From assembly GCF_009914755.1 (NCBI RefSeq), contig NC_060925.1: a stretch of DNA of 64,000 nucleotides; one strand, given 5' to 3'. The translations under genes were made by a program, and so were the position numbers. The DNA is from the human T2T-CHM13v2.0 reference genome, Homo sapiens. A model generated the notes under the pieces. It ran no database searches. It had not been told where the DNA came from and saw only the letters and a list, made by a program, of their open reading frames with translations. Shown one piece after another: positions 1 through 14,696 of the stretch. Positions within the stretch are counted from its first letter, which is position 1, and each line of letters begins with the position of its first letter.

Positions 1-639
1 CCACCCCATGGCGTAAGCCCCCAGCCCTCTGCTCTGCCTTCGGGATACTCAGGAGATGGCATTATGGTGACCCATCATAATGCAGTTAGGCTGCAAGGTC
101 CCTGTGCTTGAGTCCCAGGTGAGTCTTGCTCACCATGGAAGCCCCAGACCCAGCATGGGATCTGCATGAGCAGCACAGGGGGGCTCAGGAAGAGTTTGTT
201 GAACAAATGGAGACCGTTTTTACCACCACACACTGAGACTGACACCTCTCACCTGCCAGGGGTACAGCCAGGACTGGGGGAAGAGTATTTAGAACAACAG
301 GCACATTGCTACCCCTTGGTGAGCCGGGCACCAGGAATACGACTTCCCACATCAGGAGAAGCCTGTGTGTGGCGTGCCCAGAAGCCCACAGTCTCTCCAC
401 AGAGTCACGAGCAGCCACTGGAGAACCAGTGGAGAGTGTGTCCTAGAGAAGAAGAAGGGACAGCACAGGATTAGGGGGCAGGGAAGAGCACCAGATTAGG
501 AGCCTGGAGACTTGAGTCCAGCCCTGGCTATGCCATCATGACCACGAGGAAGCAGATCAACTCCAAAGACAGGGTATCATCTGCCAGACAGATGGGTAGG
601 GGGAGCTAAACAAGTATAGGATTAAAAACTCCTCTGCCT

Positions 640-982
<343 letters not shown>

Positions 983-1029
983 TTATTATTCCCCTTTAGG
1001 GTGCGGATACTGTTATTATTTTGCTTTGG

Positions 1030-1500
1030 ATTTTTGTATGCAGGTAAAATTCATGTGACATACAATGAATCATTTTCAAGCATACAGTTTAGTGGCATTT
1101 AGTACATTCACGATATTGTGACCATCACCTCTATCTAGTTCCAAAACATTTCATCCCCCCAGAAGAAACCTCGTACCCATTAGCAGTCACTCTCCATTCC
1201 CCTCTCCTCACAGCCTCTGGCAAGCACTTATCTAATTTCTATTTCTAAGTGGTTCCCTGTTCTGGACGTTTCAAAGAAATGAAGCTGTACAATGTGTGGT
1301 CCTTTGTGTCTGGATTCTTTGGCCTGGTATAACTTCTCAGGGTTCATCCTTGCTGCAGTGTGAACCAGAACTTCATTCCTTTTGTGACTGAGCAACAGCC
1401 ACCAGATGGAGGGGCCTCAGCGTGCTGCTCCTCTCAACCAATGATAGGCATCTGGGCTGCTTCCGCCTTTTGGCTTTTGTGCACGGTGTTGCAGGCATTA
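1030..1500 (-). mobile_element. L1MB-like 3' end fragment
   Basis: Matches the antisense old-L1 3'UTR pattern (CAGTTTAGTGGCATTTAGTACATTCAC...CCATTAGCAGTCACTC). Confidence 0.8.
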
Positions 1501-1683
1501 ATTTTGTGGTAAAATAAGGTCTAAGATGAAGGTGCAGCAAGTTCCTGCTGAGGCCCTTTGGTCTCTGGGTGCTCATAGAGAGGAAGCAGAGATGTTCCAG
1601 TTCCCTAACCTCTCTTGATGTGGCCAGAGCTTCTTTCCTTGTTTGCTTGGGACATTGGTCTTCTGCATCAGGTGATATTTAAA

Positions 1684-2097
1684 TGATATGGTTTGGCAGT
1701 GTCCCCGCCCAAATCTTATGTTGAATTGTAGCTCCCATAATTCCCATGCGTTGTGGGGTTTGGCGGTGTCCCCACCCAAATCTCATGTTGAATTCTAGCT
1801 CCCATAATTCCCATGCGTTGTGGAGGGACCTGGTGGGAGATAATTGAATCATGGGGGCAGTTTCCACTATACTGTTCTTGTGGTAACAAATAAGTCTCAT
1901 GAGATCTGGTGGTTTCATAAGCAGACACCCCTTTCACTTGGCTGTCATTTCTCTCTTGTCTGCCGCCATGTAAGAAGTGCCTTTTGCCTTCCACCATGAT
2001 TATGAGGCCTCCCCAGCCACGTGGAACTGTGTGGCCATTAAACCTCTTTTCCTGTCTCGGGTATGTCTTAATCATCAGAGTGAAAACAGACTAGTAC
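1684..2097 (+). mobile_element. THE1 (MaLR) solo LTR with an internal 67-bp tandem duplication
   Basis: Starts TGATATGGTTTGG, contains GATAATTGAATCATGGGGG and ATTAAACCTCT, and ends near GAAAACAGACTAGTAC. Confidence 0.92.
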
Positions 2098-2190
2098 CGT
2101 CATCCTGCCTCAAAAGGATGCCTTGAGACCTCTGACTTCTCCCCAAACACCTTTCCTCAGCCACAGAAGCTATCACCTTGAGTACAGTAA

Positions 2191-2526
<336 letters not shown>

Positions 2527-2903
2527 GGTCACCCGATTCTTTAGTGGCCAGGCTGGGATGGACTCGCAACACTGATTGAGCTCTCACTTGAGGTCAGACT
2601 TTGCACTTGGAGTGTTCATAAGATATCTCTTTAGGAACCTGCTCTTAGGGCTCTGTTCATGTCCTCTGCCATGACAAAGCTACTCTGTAGACTGCCTTTA
2701 ACCCATGACAATGGGACCAAGGGTGATTAATTATCAGCCCTTCATTCCTGAGCTGGTCCAGAAACAATTAACATGAACTTTCTGGGGATCCTGAAAACAA
2801 AAAGAATCCCCTCAACAACCACTTGTAGCCACAGATGGTCCACAGCTCTTTTATTGGTGATAACAATGAGAACACAAGTCCCAGACTTGCGAATGTAGGT
2901 TTA

Positions 2904-3081
<178 letters not shown>

Positions 3082-3264
3082 GAGAGTGTAGGTTTCAAAC
3101 GGGTTCTGTCACTTAATGTGTAGTTTGCTGTTAGGGTTCTTACTGTTATAGGCAGTATCAGAAGGTGACGAGGGCCCCGTGCACAGGAGATATCCAAATA
3201 GAGGTTAGGGGACTGCCCACCAGGTGTGCTGCACTGAAGGAAGCAGGGAGAGGCTTTGCCCGGT

Positions 3265-3700
<436 letters not shown>

Positions 3701-3789
3701 CTGTTTCCAGAGCCCATTTTCTTCATTGATAATTGTTCCCTGCCCACTAACCGAGATTATAATCTCACATACTGTTTTAAAATCTGCTT

Positions 3790-4065
3790 TTCCATTTAAC
3801 AAATATATCATAAATATTTTTCCATATATTTGAATATTCTTCAACAACATAATTTTTTAAAGCTGTGTAGTATTTCATCATATAGCTGTAGTATAATTCA
3901 TTTACCAAGCCTCTACTCTTCAATATTTAGGGTGTTTCCTATCTTTCCATGGTTATAAATATTGCTGGGAGAAATATCGCAGCAGATAAATCTCTTTGCT
4001 TTTCTGTGGTTATTTCCTTTGTGTACAATCTCAACAGCAAAGTTGCTGGGTCAAAGAGTATTCCG
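3790..4065 (-). mobile_element. Ancient L1ME-like fragment
   Basis: AT-rich GCTGTGTAGTATTTCAT...TGCTGGGTCAAAG pattern typical of antisense L1M 3' ends. Confidence 0.6.
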
Positions 4066-4944
4066 CACCATTTTAAAACTATTTCCTAGGTGCACTGTGA
4101 ATTTCTTATGATCAAAACAATTTTGAAACCTGCAAGAATTAGTATATAAAGATAGTGTTTGCTGAACCAGGTGTAATAATAAATTAGACTTCTGTTTGCA
4201 CTTGAATTGCAAAACAAATGAAGGCAGCAGTGGCTAATAAACTATCATTAGAGATTGGTGTATTTTACTAAGGAAAAGGTATGTTAATAAAAGCATGATT
4301 ATTGTCATTGATGGTGGTTGAACTGGCATTACCTGAGAATGAGATGATGATGGAAATAAATCAATTTCAGGTGGTTTTAGACAACACGTGCCCTGTACAT
4401 GCAAAACTTTACATACCCTTCTCATTTGATGTTCCCAGAAAACCTATGAGTTCAGTATTATTGCCTCTGGCAGAGAATGTTAATCAACCCTTCGGCATCT
4501 ATTTCATGCCTTTTCTTTTTAGCAATACAATTCTGCTTTCTCTGAATTTTAACAGGGCCTCTCACTACGCAGTTGGAGATTCTGTTCCCAGCCTCCTTTG
4601 CAGCTAGATTTGGTCTCTGGACTAAGTTGTCATCCTTGCAAAGTGACCAGAAAGTGGTATATTGCCACACATTGTATGTCCTTTCCTTCAAAGAAAATCC
4701 TGCTTTGTGCTTGTTTCCTTCTTTCTTCAATCATGCGTATTGTGATGGGGTTTGGTGAGCAACTTTCAACCATGCAGAAAAGGATGATTTCCAAGAGTAT
4801 TATTCGGAGCTAGGTTGAGAGAAACCCTAGTCCTGACTGAGCTCACAAAAGGAGGCCACCTACCTGTGGATGTTATGTGAGCTAGGAGCAAACATCTCTC
4901 CTGTTGAAGCCATTGCATCACGGGTCTTTTTTGTTGGAGCAGTT

Positions 4945-5050
4945 GAACCCATTTTACAGATGAGGTTAACTGAGGCTTGGTGAGACCCTCTAAGCAGTAA
5001 GATGTGGGATTGGATTCCAATCAAATGGTCGGTCTGACTTGGGAGTGCAC
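4945..5050 (-). mobile_element. MIR fragment
   Basis: CCCATTTTACAGATGAGG...ACTGAGGC core. Confidence 0.65.
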
Positions 5051-7739
5051 TCTTGGGGCTCAAACCCACTGCCTTCTCCCTAATGATATCAGTGAGTCAC
5101 ACCTCAAAGAGAAATCAATGAAAAGACTGGCCAAATTCTAACCATTTTAGAGCAGTCTGGAAATATCAATGAGGGCACCTTAGGGGCAGGAATCAGAGAC
5201 ACACGGTTTGACGGGAAAAAGAAGGGCACAGCCACGAAACCCGTGTTTGAGTTCTGCCTGCGCCACCCACCTGGGGAGGTTGTTGGGCTCCTCAGAGCAT
5301 TGTCGACTTTCTCTTCTTTAATTAGGAGACAATGACACTGACGTTGCACACCTCTATGAGGATTCAATAAAATAACATGGCTAAAGGGTTTAGAGCAAAA
5401 CCTGAACCTAGAGAAATGGTTTAATAAATGAAGCAAACATCGCTTCTCCATCCAACCAGAAGGCCACTCTGTGATTTCCCTGTGGAACAAGCTAACCCCT
5501 CTAACAGCACCTCCCCAGGGCAGGTCTTGGGCACTGGTCACCTGGGCCCAGGCTGGCTCCCATAGGCAGAGAGTGTGCATAGTTGGGCCACCTGTACTCA
5601 AGAAGTGCCAGGGTCTGGGCTGGCCTGAGAAGAGGCATCAGCACCCAACAGCCAAAGCCACAGGAGCTGCTGCAAGGTAGCTGCAGATGGAGAGAGTTCA
5701 AGACCGGGCTGTGTGTGCATCTGCCGGGCTGTGTGCACATCTACCTGCAGGCTCACCCACCTAGACAGGCTCGGCCACCCTTGCATTCCCAGTCCATCCC
5801 ACCAGCCTGGGAACAGAGCTGGGAAGGAAAGCAGGTGCCTGCTTGAGGCCCCTCTGGCCAGCCTGTCCCAGCCTCATCCTTGAGGTCCAAGGTCCTTGAG
5901 ACACTCGGGGAAGAAGATGCAGAGAAATGGTGGATGAGGCGGAAAAGAAGGCCAAAGGAGGAGGCCATCCTATTACCCCGTCACTATTTTTCATGGGGTA
6001 TAAAACAGGAAAATTAAAATGAGTGTGGTGCTAGTAGCTTAATGTAATTGAATGCTTAAGAAAAATGAAACTGGGGACAGGGATAGTTAGGGAACAATTT
6101 TAGAGACGGCTGAGTGGCAGGAAGGATCCCCGGCTCCTGTGGAAGAAGCCGTCCACCTTGTGAGATTCACGTTCTCTGCAACCCCAGTGCGGGGGCAGGT
6201 GCTGAGGTCCAGGGAGTCAGCGGGGCAGAAAGCACAGGCTGCCCTCAACCCCACCGGAGGCTGGGGAGGGCCTTGCAGGGTGTGTAGGAGGAGAACCAGA
6301 CTGCGGCAAGTGCAAAGGCGTGTTCCCAGGATGGGCAGAATGTTCCGGAGGGCAGGGACCAGATGCCAGGAAGTGCTGCTTCTGAGAGCCAAGCCCCCGA
6401 GTCAGCTGGCCTAAAGGAGGCAGGAAGAGGGGGCGAGGAGGAGGCCGTGGGCACAGCCAGGCCAGTGACCCAGCAAGCACACAGGCACGGGGCCTACCGC
6501 CTTGCCACGGGTTTGCAAAACAGTTTGGGGGAAAAAATGGTTTTAAAATGTATGAGAAAACTGTAAAATCGATAATAACGATACTTTCAAAACCAAATAA
6601 GAATTTTTTTCCCCAAGAAATGTGCAAAGCAAAACGCACCCCGACGGATGGACTGGTCACACCTTTGGTGGAGGAGACGGAGCAGTGAGGGAGGAGCAGC
6701 CCAGGCCGAGCGAACTTCAGGCTGTGGTGGAGGGATCTGGCTTCTAGGTGAGGTGCTTGTGTGCAGTGATGGAGCTACTTTTTTCAAACTTTCAGACGCC
6801 AGCATCCTCATCAGAAAACGGGGATGATAAAATCGGTGAGGCTGTTTGAAAGCCAAACTTAGTGAGACTCAAGTTCTATGTGAGTGTCCAGCCCTCTTAT
6901 TATTAAAATAATAATAATAAGCTCTGCTTTCAGCCCTGGGGACCGCGGAGCCCTTCAGTCTTCTATCTACTGTGGGCAACATTCCTTATCTCTTTCTAGA
7001 ATCTTCCAGAAAGGACATCCTTTGACGGTTGAAGCCCCCCTTCCCGTAAACCCACATGCAAAGGTCAGATGAGCAACCAGTGTGTGGGTTACTGCAGCAC
7101 CGTCTGGGGGCCACGATGTGGGCAGAGCCTCGGAGAAGGACACATCAGTTCTGGGGATGCGCTGGTTCATGCATCGTTGTATCCTGCTAGGAAGGTATGA
7201 CCCCAGAAATGGCCACAAAATGGCCACAGGAGGGAAAGAAAAGGCAGAAGCCCAAGGTGACAGTGTGTGTGGGCAGCTGGCCAGGGAAGGCCAGAGACAG
7301 CCGTGGTGCAAACTGGATGGTGCCCAGGCCAGGAGCAGCTGCCGCCTCCCTGCTTCTGCCTGGCCACTGCAGCTGGCAGGAGGCTCACAGATTCTAAGTC
7401 TACCCACCCGTGCTGCTTCTCTGCCCGGGCCCCTGATGGTCACAGGGACCTACGGGCCCGGTCAACCTTCCTGTGGGAAGAGGGGCCTCATCCTCCCCCA
7501 TAACTGTGTGCCCCAGTGTGGCCACGTAGACGTCCCTGCCAGTCCTTGGCCTGCCTCAGGGCCTTTGTACACACCCTTCTCCTCACCTGGCCTCTGCTTC
7601 CTGCAGGCCGCAGCGAGGCTCAGTCCCTCACCCCTTCAGGTCTTTGCTTAGAAGCCCCTTCCCAGAAAAGCCTTCTCGGTTTGGCCCATTCCAGAAGGCA
7701 ACTCCCCTTCCCGGCACGCCATGCCCCCGCCACCACTCA

Positions 7740-7950
7740 CTTTACTTTCCTTCCTAGGACCTTGTGAACATAACATACATTCTAGTCATTTATCCTGTCC
7801 TGTCTGGCTCCCTGATAAAACATCAGCTCCATGAGCACAGAGAGTTTTATCTCCTTGCCTCCATTTTGTTTTTGGTTTTTTTGGTTAACTTGTGTTTCTC
7901 CAGGATTTAAGACTGTGCATGGCACATACTAGGGGCTTAAAGATGCCTAT
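7740..7950 (+). mobile_element. L2 3' fragment
   Basis: CAGCTCCATGAGCACAGAG...GTGCATGGCACATACTAGG resembles the L2 3' end. Confidence 0.55.
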
Positions 7951-9689
7951 AAAAGGACAAGCACCCTTGACCTCTTGTCTTCGACACAGATCCTGTTCTT
8001 CTAGATCCTGTGGTGGAGATGCCTTCAGCAATCTGCAGGGATGATGGTGACCATCAGTTTGCTCCTCCTTGGAGAGGGGCCCATGGTCTGTGTTAACACA
8101 CATTTCCTGGGTATCGGGAATTGCCACCCATGTTGGCATCATCAGAGTGCTGCGGGACTCAGAGCCAGCTTCAGAGAGGAGGAGCTCCTTGGAAACACTG
8201 ATAACCTCTGGCCTGGAGCAAACGCCACCCACACTCGTGCACACACGCAGGTTTGCTCAAGAAAGGATCTCAGAGGTCGTCTTTCCTCCGGCCCTTCTCC
8301 TGAAGGTCACATGCAGAGCGGGAGCCTGTTTGTGGCCCAGAGCTCTGTGGCCACACCAGGCAGCAGACAGACAAACTCAGGAAGGGCTCTGGGGGGCCTG
8401 GGCACCCTGGCAGAGGGTTGAGTGGAAGTTTCCAACCCCACAACACACCATGCACCCCTCTCAGCAGGTTCCCTGTAGTGACTCACCTGGGCCCCTGCCC
8501 ACAGGCTGATGTGCTGTCGAGCCAGGCGCGAGCATGGAGGGGGAGCCGAGAAAGGGCAGTGCTGGTCTGGTGGTGGTGGAGGGTGGGGCGCAGCCCGAGG
8601 AGGGGACTCGAGTGTTGATGGAACGCAACACTCCATCAGGTAGGAGGTCAGGTAGGAGGTGTGGAATTCTGGAGAGAGGCTCATGGCCACCAAGGCCCCT
8701 TCCAAGGGCAAAGTCTGTGAGTTAAAAATAGGCCAGGGCTGGAGACCAAATATCCGGACCAGGGAGGATTCCAAAATAGATTGGAACAAAGTAGTGTCTG
8801 GAGCCTACGGCCGGGGAGGCCTAAGGACTTTCCGGGGTCAGGAACATGCTCTTCCCAGGCTTTGGGCTGCTCCAGGCCCTCTGAGTCCATCAACCTCACT
8901 GCCTTCATCCATTAACCCCTTCCTAGCTGGGGCTGGTGGGTGAGGAGGACATCAGAGACCCCAGGACAGCCCCCACTCCCACAGTTAGTGCTCGCTGTAC
9001 TGTAGGGCCCCCAAATTCATGAGCAGCCTTGACTCTTAGCCTCCAAGGACCCCAAAGGCCTCACTACGAGTTTCCTGCTCTCACCAGATATGCGCCCCCA
9101 CCCCGCCGGAAAGGTTCCCACCCACTAGTTCCCCTACCAGCCCGACACACTGCACCCTGTCCAGTCTTCAGCCTCACCAGGTCACACCCCTGCCAGCCCA
9201 TGGTATAATTCAAAGAAGCCACTCACATCCTCCCCTGCGACCAGGGTCATCCCACCCTCTTGTCAAGCACCACAGAGGCTGCCTCCCACAGTCCTGGCCG
9301 GTGCCATCTGTGCCGCAGTGTGGGCCCCCATGGCCCTGCTTGGCCTGCAGTGCCTGCCCCCGCCCTGGGCTGAGTACATATGACTCAGAAGCCCTGTCGG
9401 TCTCATCTGTCCACAGTAGGGTGTTGCGTGTTTGGTCATCCCTGTGACCCTCGGGTGGGAGTCCCTCCCTCCCAAACAGGGTGAGGAGGAGGTTCTCAGA
9501 ACAATTTCGTAGGTGAAATCCACAAAGGGAAATAGAAGTTTGCTGACAGCAAGACTGTTCTCCTGACCAGCTGTCTCCAAGGAGGGCCAGCAGCCCTGGA
9601 GTGAGGAGACAGAGCTCCCTCCTTCCCTCCAACCCCACTGTCAGCCCGGACTTGCCCCACCCCACAGTGTCAGGCTCTGCACACCCTGG

Positions 9690-9808
9690 TCTCAGCTGCT
9701 CTTGCCCACTTGACAGTGAGGCTTTGGGGTCAGGGACTGGGTTCTGTTCACATCTCTGTCCTGAATCCTAGCGCGGGGCCTGACCCTGGGCTGTTTGTTG
9801 AATGAATT
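9690..9808 (+). mobile_element. L2 3' terminal fragment
   Basis: Ends in TTTGTTGAATGAAT, the L2 tail. Confidence 0.55.
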
Positions 9809-10520
9809 AGCGAAAGAATGATGAGTGGGGAAGGAACTGTCTGAGGCCAATCCAAACGTCCATCCAATTATACCTACCACTCTGGTCTCCAGGGTCAGAT
9901 CGAAGCCCCTGAAAAAAATCCTTCACAACAGGAAAGGCCAGGAGGGGTTTGCATAGCTTTTCTTCCAATTTGCTATAGGGTTTTAAAAACATACATGCAA
10001 ATAAAAATAACTGAACACACTGTGTGTCCACAGTCTGGGCTAAGGAAGGCAGACGGTGGAGGTTTGGTTGATTGTTGATGCCTCTGATGGTCCTTAAGCA
10101 CCATCAGCTGCTACAGTGAGGAACTGTGAAGGTGAGGTGAGGAGGGAAGGACTCTGGGCCTCCACCCCCAGCTTCAGGCCGGAAGAGACAACAGCTGAGG
10201 CCGGTGTGAGAAGCAGATTTCAGGAGAACAGGTCAGGCTTTCTGCTAACCCAGCAGTTTGCATTTTCCCTGATAACAACAAACAGCACATGAAAGTGGAA
10301 GAAAAATACCAGAGCATTCATTTTTCTCCTGCTTGGGCCAAAGACAAAGATGCAGGGTAGTTCATGACCAAAAATGGCCTGGGAATTACCAGTGCATTTC
10401 TTGCCTAGTGGTCGATGAGGCGCCATCAGCAACATTCACTATTTTGGATGATAGAAGCTAAACGCTGCATGTTCTTGAGTACATGCAAAAGAAAACTGAC
10501 CAGTAAATCCAATCCCAGGT

Positions 10521-10883
10521 TGATATGGTCTGGCTGTGTCCCCACCCAAATCTCATTTTGAATTGTAGCTCCCATAATTCCCCTGTGTTGTGGGAGGGAC
10601 CTGGTGGGAGATAATTGAATCATGGGGGTGGTTTCCCCCATACTGTTCTCATGGTAGTGAATAAGTCTCATGAGATCTGATGGTTTTATAAAGGGTTTCC
10701 CCCTTTTGCTTGGTTCTCATTTCTCTCTTGCCTGCCACCATGTAAGCTGTGCCTTTTGCCTTCCACCATGATTGTGAGGCCTCCTCAGTCACGTGGAACC
10801 ATGAGTCCATTAAACCTCTTTTCTTTATAAATTACCCAGTCTCGGGTATGTCTTTATCAGCAGCGTGAAAATGGACTAATACA
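10521..10883 (+). mobile_element. THE1 (THE1C/D-like) solo LTR
   Basis: TGATATGG...GGACTAATACA termini; 5-bp TSD CAGGT/CAGGC; TTTTATAAA TATA-like element and ATTAAA signal. Confidence 0.95.
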
Positions 10884-11137
10884 CAGGCGTATACCCAAGA
10901 GAAGTGAAGACACATGTCCCCATGGAAACCTGTCTGAGAATGTTCATAGCAGCCTGACTCATAGGCACCAAAAGGTGAAAACAGCCCAAATATCCATCAA
11001 CAAATGAGTGGATGAACAAAATGTGCCATGTCCAAATGGACTGTTATTTGACAGTGGAAAGGAATGAAAGACTGACACTCAGTACAAGGAGGGTGAACCT
11101 TCAGGACACATCACGCTCAGTAAAAGATACAGAAGCC

Positions 11138-11666
<529 letters not shown>

Positions 11667-12132
11667 TCAACATTGATTGTGGAGATGGTGACGTAAGCCT
11701 GTGAATGTGTAGAAAGCCATTGACTTGTGCACTTTAAATGGGTGAATTATATGGTGTGGGAATTGTAACTCAATAAAGATGTTTAAAATAAAATAAATCA
11801 AGGACTCCCAGAGCCTACATCTCACCCCACATTTCCACTTAAGCAAAGGAGAAGGTCCTGCGCCTGTGTCCAGCTTGAGTCCAGCCCCGTGGGTGGCCCA
11901 CGCACTGTCCCTCACCACTTCTTGCTGATGAACAGAACTGATTTGACCCAGGGTGGTCGTGGACTCGGGTACAAAAACTTGCTTGGCCAGATTCTGTGGC
12001 AACCTGCGGTGGCCAGGTGACACATCTGACTACAGAAGGCAGCCGCTGGTACACAGACGGGCCCCTCTCAGGTCATCAAAGAGTCAGTTGTGGGGAAGGA
12101 GTTGGCCCATCTGCTTTTCTTCTGCAAGAAAC

Positions 12133-12549
12133 ATGGACACAGTGACAACCTTTCCCCAGCGCCCCATGGACACAGTGCCAAGCTTTCTCGCTGCCCCATG
12201 GGCACAGTGTTAACCTCCTACTGCCCTGCAGACACAGTGCCTACCTTCCCCCCACTTCCTCATGGACAGTGTGTCAACTTTCTTCACTGCCCTGTGGATG
12301 CAGTGCCAACCTCCTCTACTGCCCCATGAGTACAGTGTCAACCTTTCCCATTGCCCCATGGACAGTGCTAACCTTCTCCTACTGCCCCGTGGACATAGTG
12401 CCAATCCCCTTTCACTGCCCCATGGACACAGTGCCACCCTCCTCTACTGCCAAGGGGACACAGTGTCAACTTTCCCCACTGCCCCCTGGACACAGTGCCA
12501 ACCTCCTCCCACTGCCCCATGTACACAGTGCCAACTTCCTTCACTGGCC
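12133..12549. repeat. Minisatellite, ~32-bp unit, ~13 copies
   Basis: Consensus approximately ATGGACACAGTGCCAACCTYCYCYACTGCCCC, repeated head to tail with moderate divergence. Confidence 0.92.
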
Positions 12550-13223
12550 TTGACTGAAATAACCCACAGGATAACCCATCCATCTTTGCTCCTGGAGGTG
12601 GGCTAGTTATGCTGAGATTTGGGGTTCTGGAAACCTGGAGACCAGGAGTACCCACATTCTGCTGCAGGCCTCCCCACTCCTCCCCATGGAGTTTTGGTGG
12701 GAGAAAGGAGCACTTTAAGGACAGTGGCAAACGAGAGCGAGGTGATGTGACCTGGCCTTGTGGAGCTCCGTCTTCCTCCCTCCTCTCATAACACACCCAG
12801 ACCCACTCTATGTGTAGGAGCAGCAGAGAACGGAGCTGCCTGACCACCCACAGAGGGGCTGCAGGGGAGAAGGGAGTGGCATGGCTAGGTGTCCTCCCTC
12901 GGCTGGCCGGGGGCAGTAAGCAGGGCTGGACAGACTGTACCTGTCTCCCCTGGCTGGAGGAAGGGAAAGGCCGGCGGCTGCCTTTCCTAGTCTGCTGAAT
13001 ACACTCGCCAGCCATCGCCCTTCCCTGTCTGAGGTGTGGGTCATCCATGATCACCCCCAGCCCAGGAGGCCCCTGGGATTCCTCCCAGAGAGGCCATGGT
13101 GCAGAGGCCATAGTTGGCTGATAATGTCATGTCCTGCCTTGAACCTGTCTCTTCCTCAACGAAAGGGGAAGCAGCAACTGGAGAGGTCATAGCTCACAGC
13201 CCTGTAGAGGCTGGATTCCCTGA

Positions 13224-13648
<425 letters not shown>

Positions 13649-13814
13649 CTGTCCTCTATTTTAATTTCCGCAGCTCTTTGAGTCTCAGTGGTCCCAAGCG
13701 ATGCCCAGGACTTGGTCAGGAGGAGAGGGGCTGTTTTTGGGAGTCAGTGCTTCCCTTGGATTTGCAGTGGCAGGAGTCCCTTCCTCGGTATATTACATGC
13801 TATTCCCCAGGACC

Positions 13815-14075
13815 TCAAAATGAGGTTATCAGGGTGGGCCTTAATCCAATTTGACTAGTGTCCTTACAAGAAGAGATTAGGACACAGACACACAGAGAGA
13901 GGTGACCCTGTGAGGACACAGGGAGGAGAGAGCATCTGTGAGCCAAGGAGAGACCTCGGGAGGAGTCAGCCCTGCCGACCGACACCCTGATCTCGAACTC
14001 CGGGCCTCCAGGACTGCGGGAAGTGAAGTTGGTGTGGTCTAAGCCCAGGCTGTGGAGCCTATTATGGGGCTGTGT
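13815..14075 (+). mobile_element. MLT1B-like MaLR LTR fragment
   Basis: GGGTGGGCCTTAATCCAAT..TGTCCTTACAAGAAGAG..GCCTCCAGGACTG pattern. Confidence 0.8.
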
Positions 14076-14251
14076 TGCCTGCTCCTGTGTTTGAGCCTGC
14101 ACTGCACGGAGGGTGTCCAAGGCCCTGCAACGAGTCACAGGTTCATATTGTGACTGTGTCACCAGCCCCATCTGGGAGTGGTCCTGCTTTTGACCCATCA
14201 TGACTTGGTCACCTGAGCAGGAGACAAAGCACCTGACTTCAAGTAAACAGC

Positions 14252-14696
14252 TGCATTTGTTTTCTGTGGCTGCCATCATAAAGTGCCACACGCCGGGTGG
14301 CATAAACAACTGCCTTTTATTTTCTCCCCATCTGGAGGCCAGAAGTCTGAAATCAAGGTGTGGATAGGGCTATGCTCCCTCTGAAGGCACCAGGGGAAGA
14401 GGATGCTTCCTGCCTCTTCCAGTTTCTGGAGGTTCCAGCAATCCTTGGCGATCCTCCACGTGTGTCGGCATCTCTCCCATCTCTGCCCCATCATCACATC
14501 ATGCTGTTTGTGTCTCTCCTCCTCTTTGTACAAGGACAGCAGTCACATTGGACTAGGGCCCACGCTAATCCAGGATGAGCTCATCTTCACTTGAGTATAT
14601 TTGCAAAGATCCTATTTCTAAATCAAGTCACAGGCCCAGGTACTGAGGGTTAGGACTTGAACATGCCATTTGTGGGACACAATCCAAGTCCTAACA
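14252..14696 (-). mobile_element. MLT1C/D-like MaLR LTR
   Basis: TCTGGAGGCCAGAAGTCTGAAATCAAGGTG...GGGTTAGGACTTGAAC is antisense MLT1. Confidence 0.82.

Noticed and set aside
12133-12549. CRISPR-like periodicity here and at 27.5 kb and 60 kb
   Set aside because: Units are contiguous tandem copies with no unique spacers, there are no cas genes, and the DNA is primate.
12368-13111. 247-aa minus-strand ORF
   Set aside because: Runs into the minisatellite, resembles no protein family I recognise, and has composition typical of GC-rich non-coding DNA.
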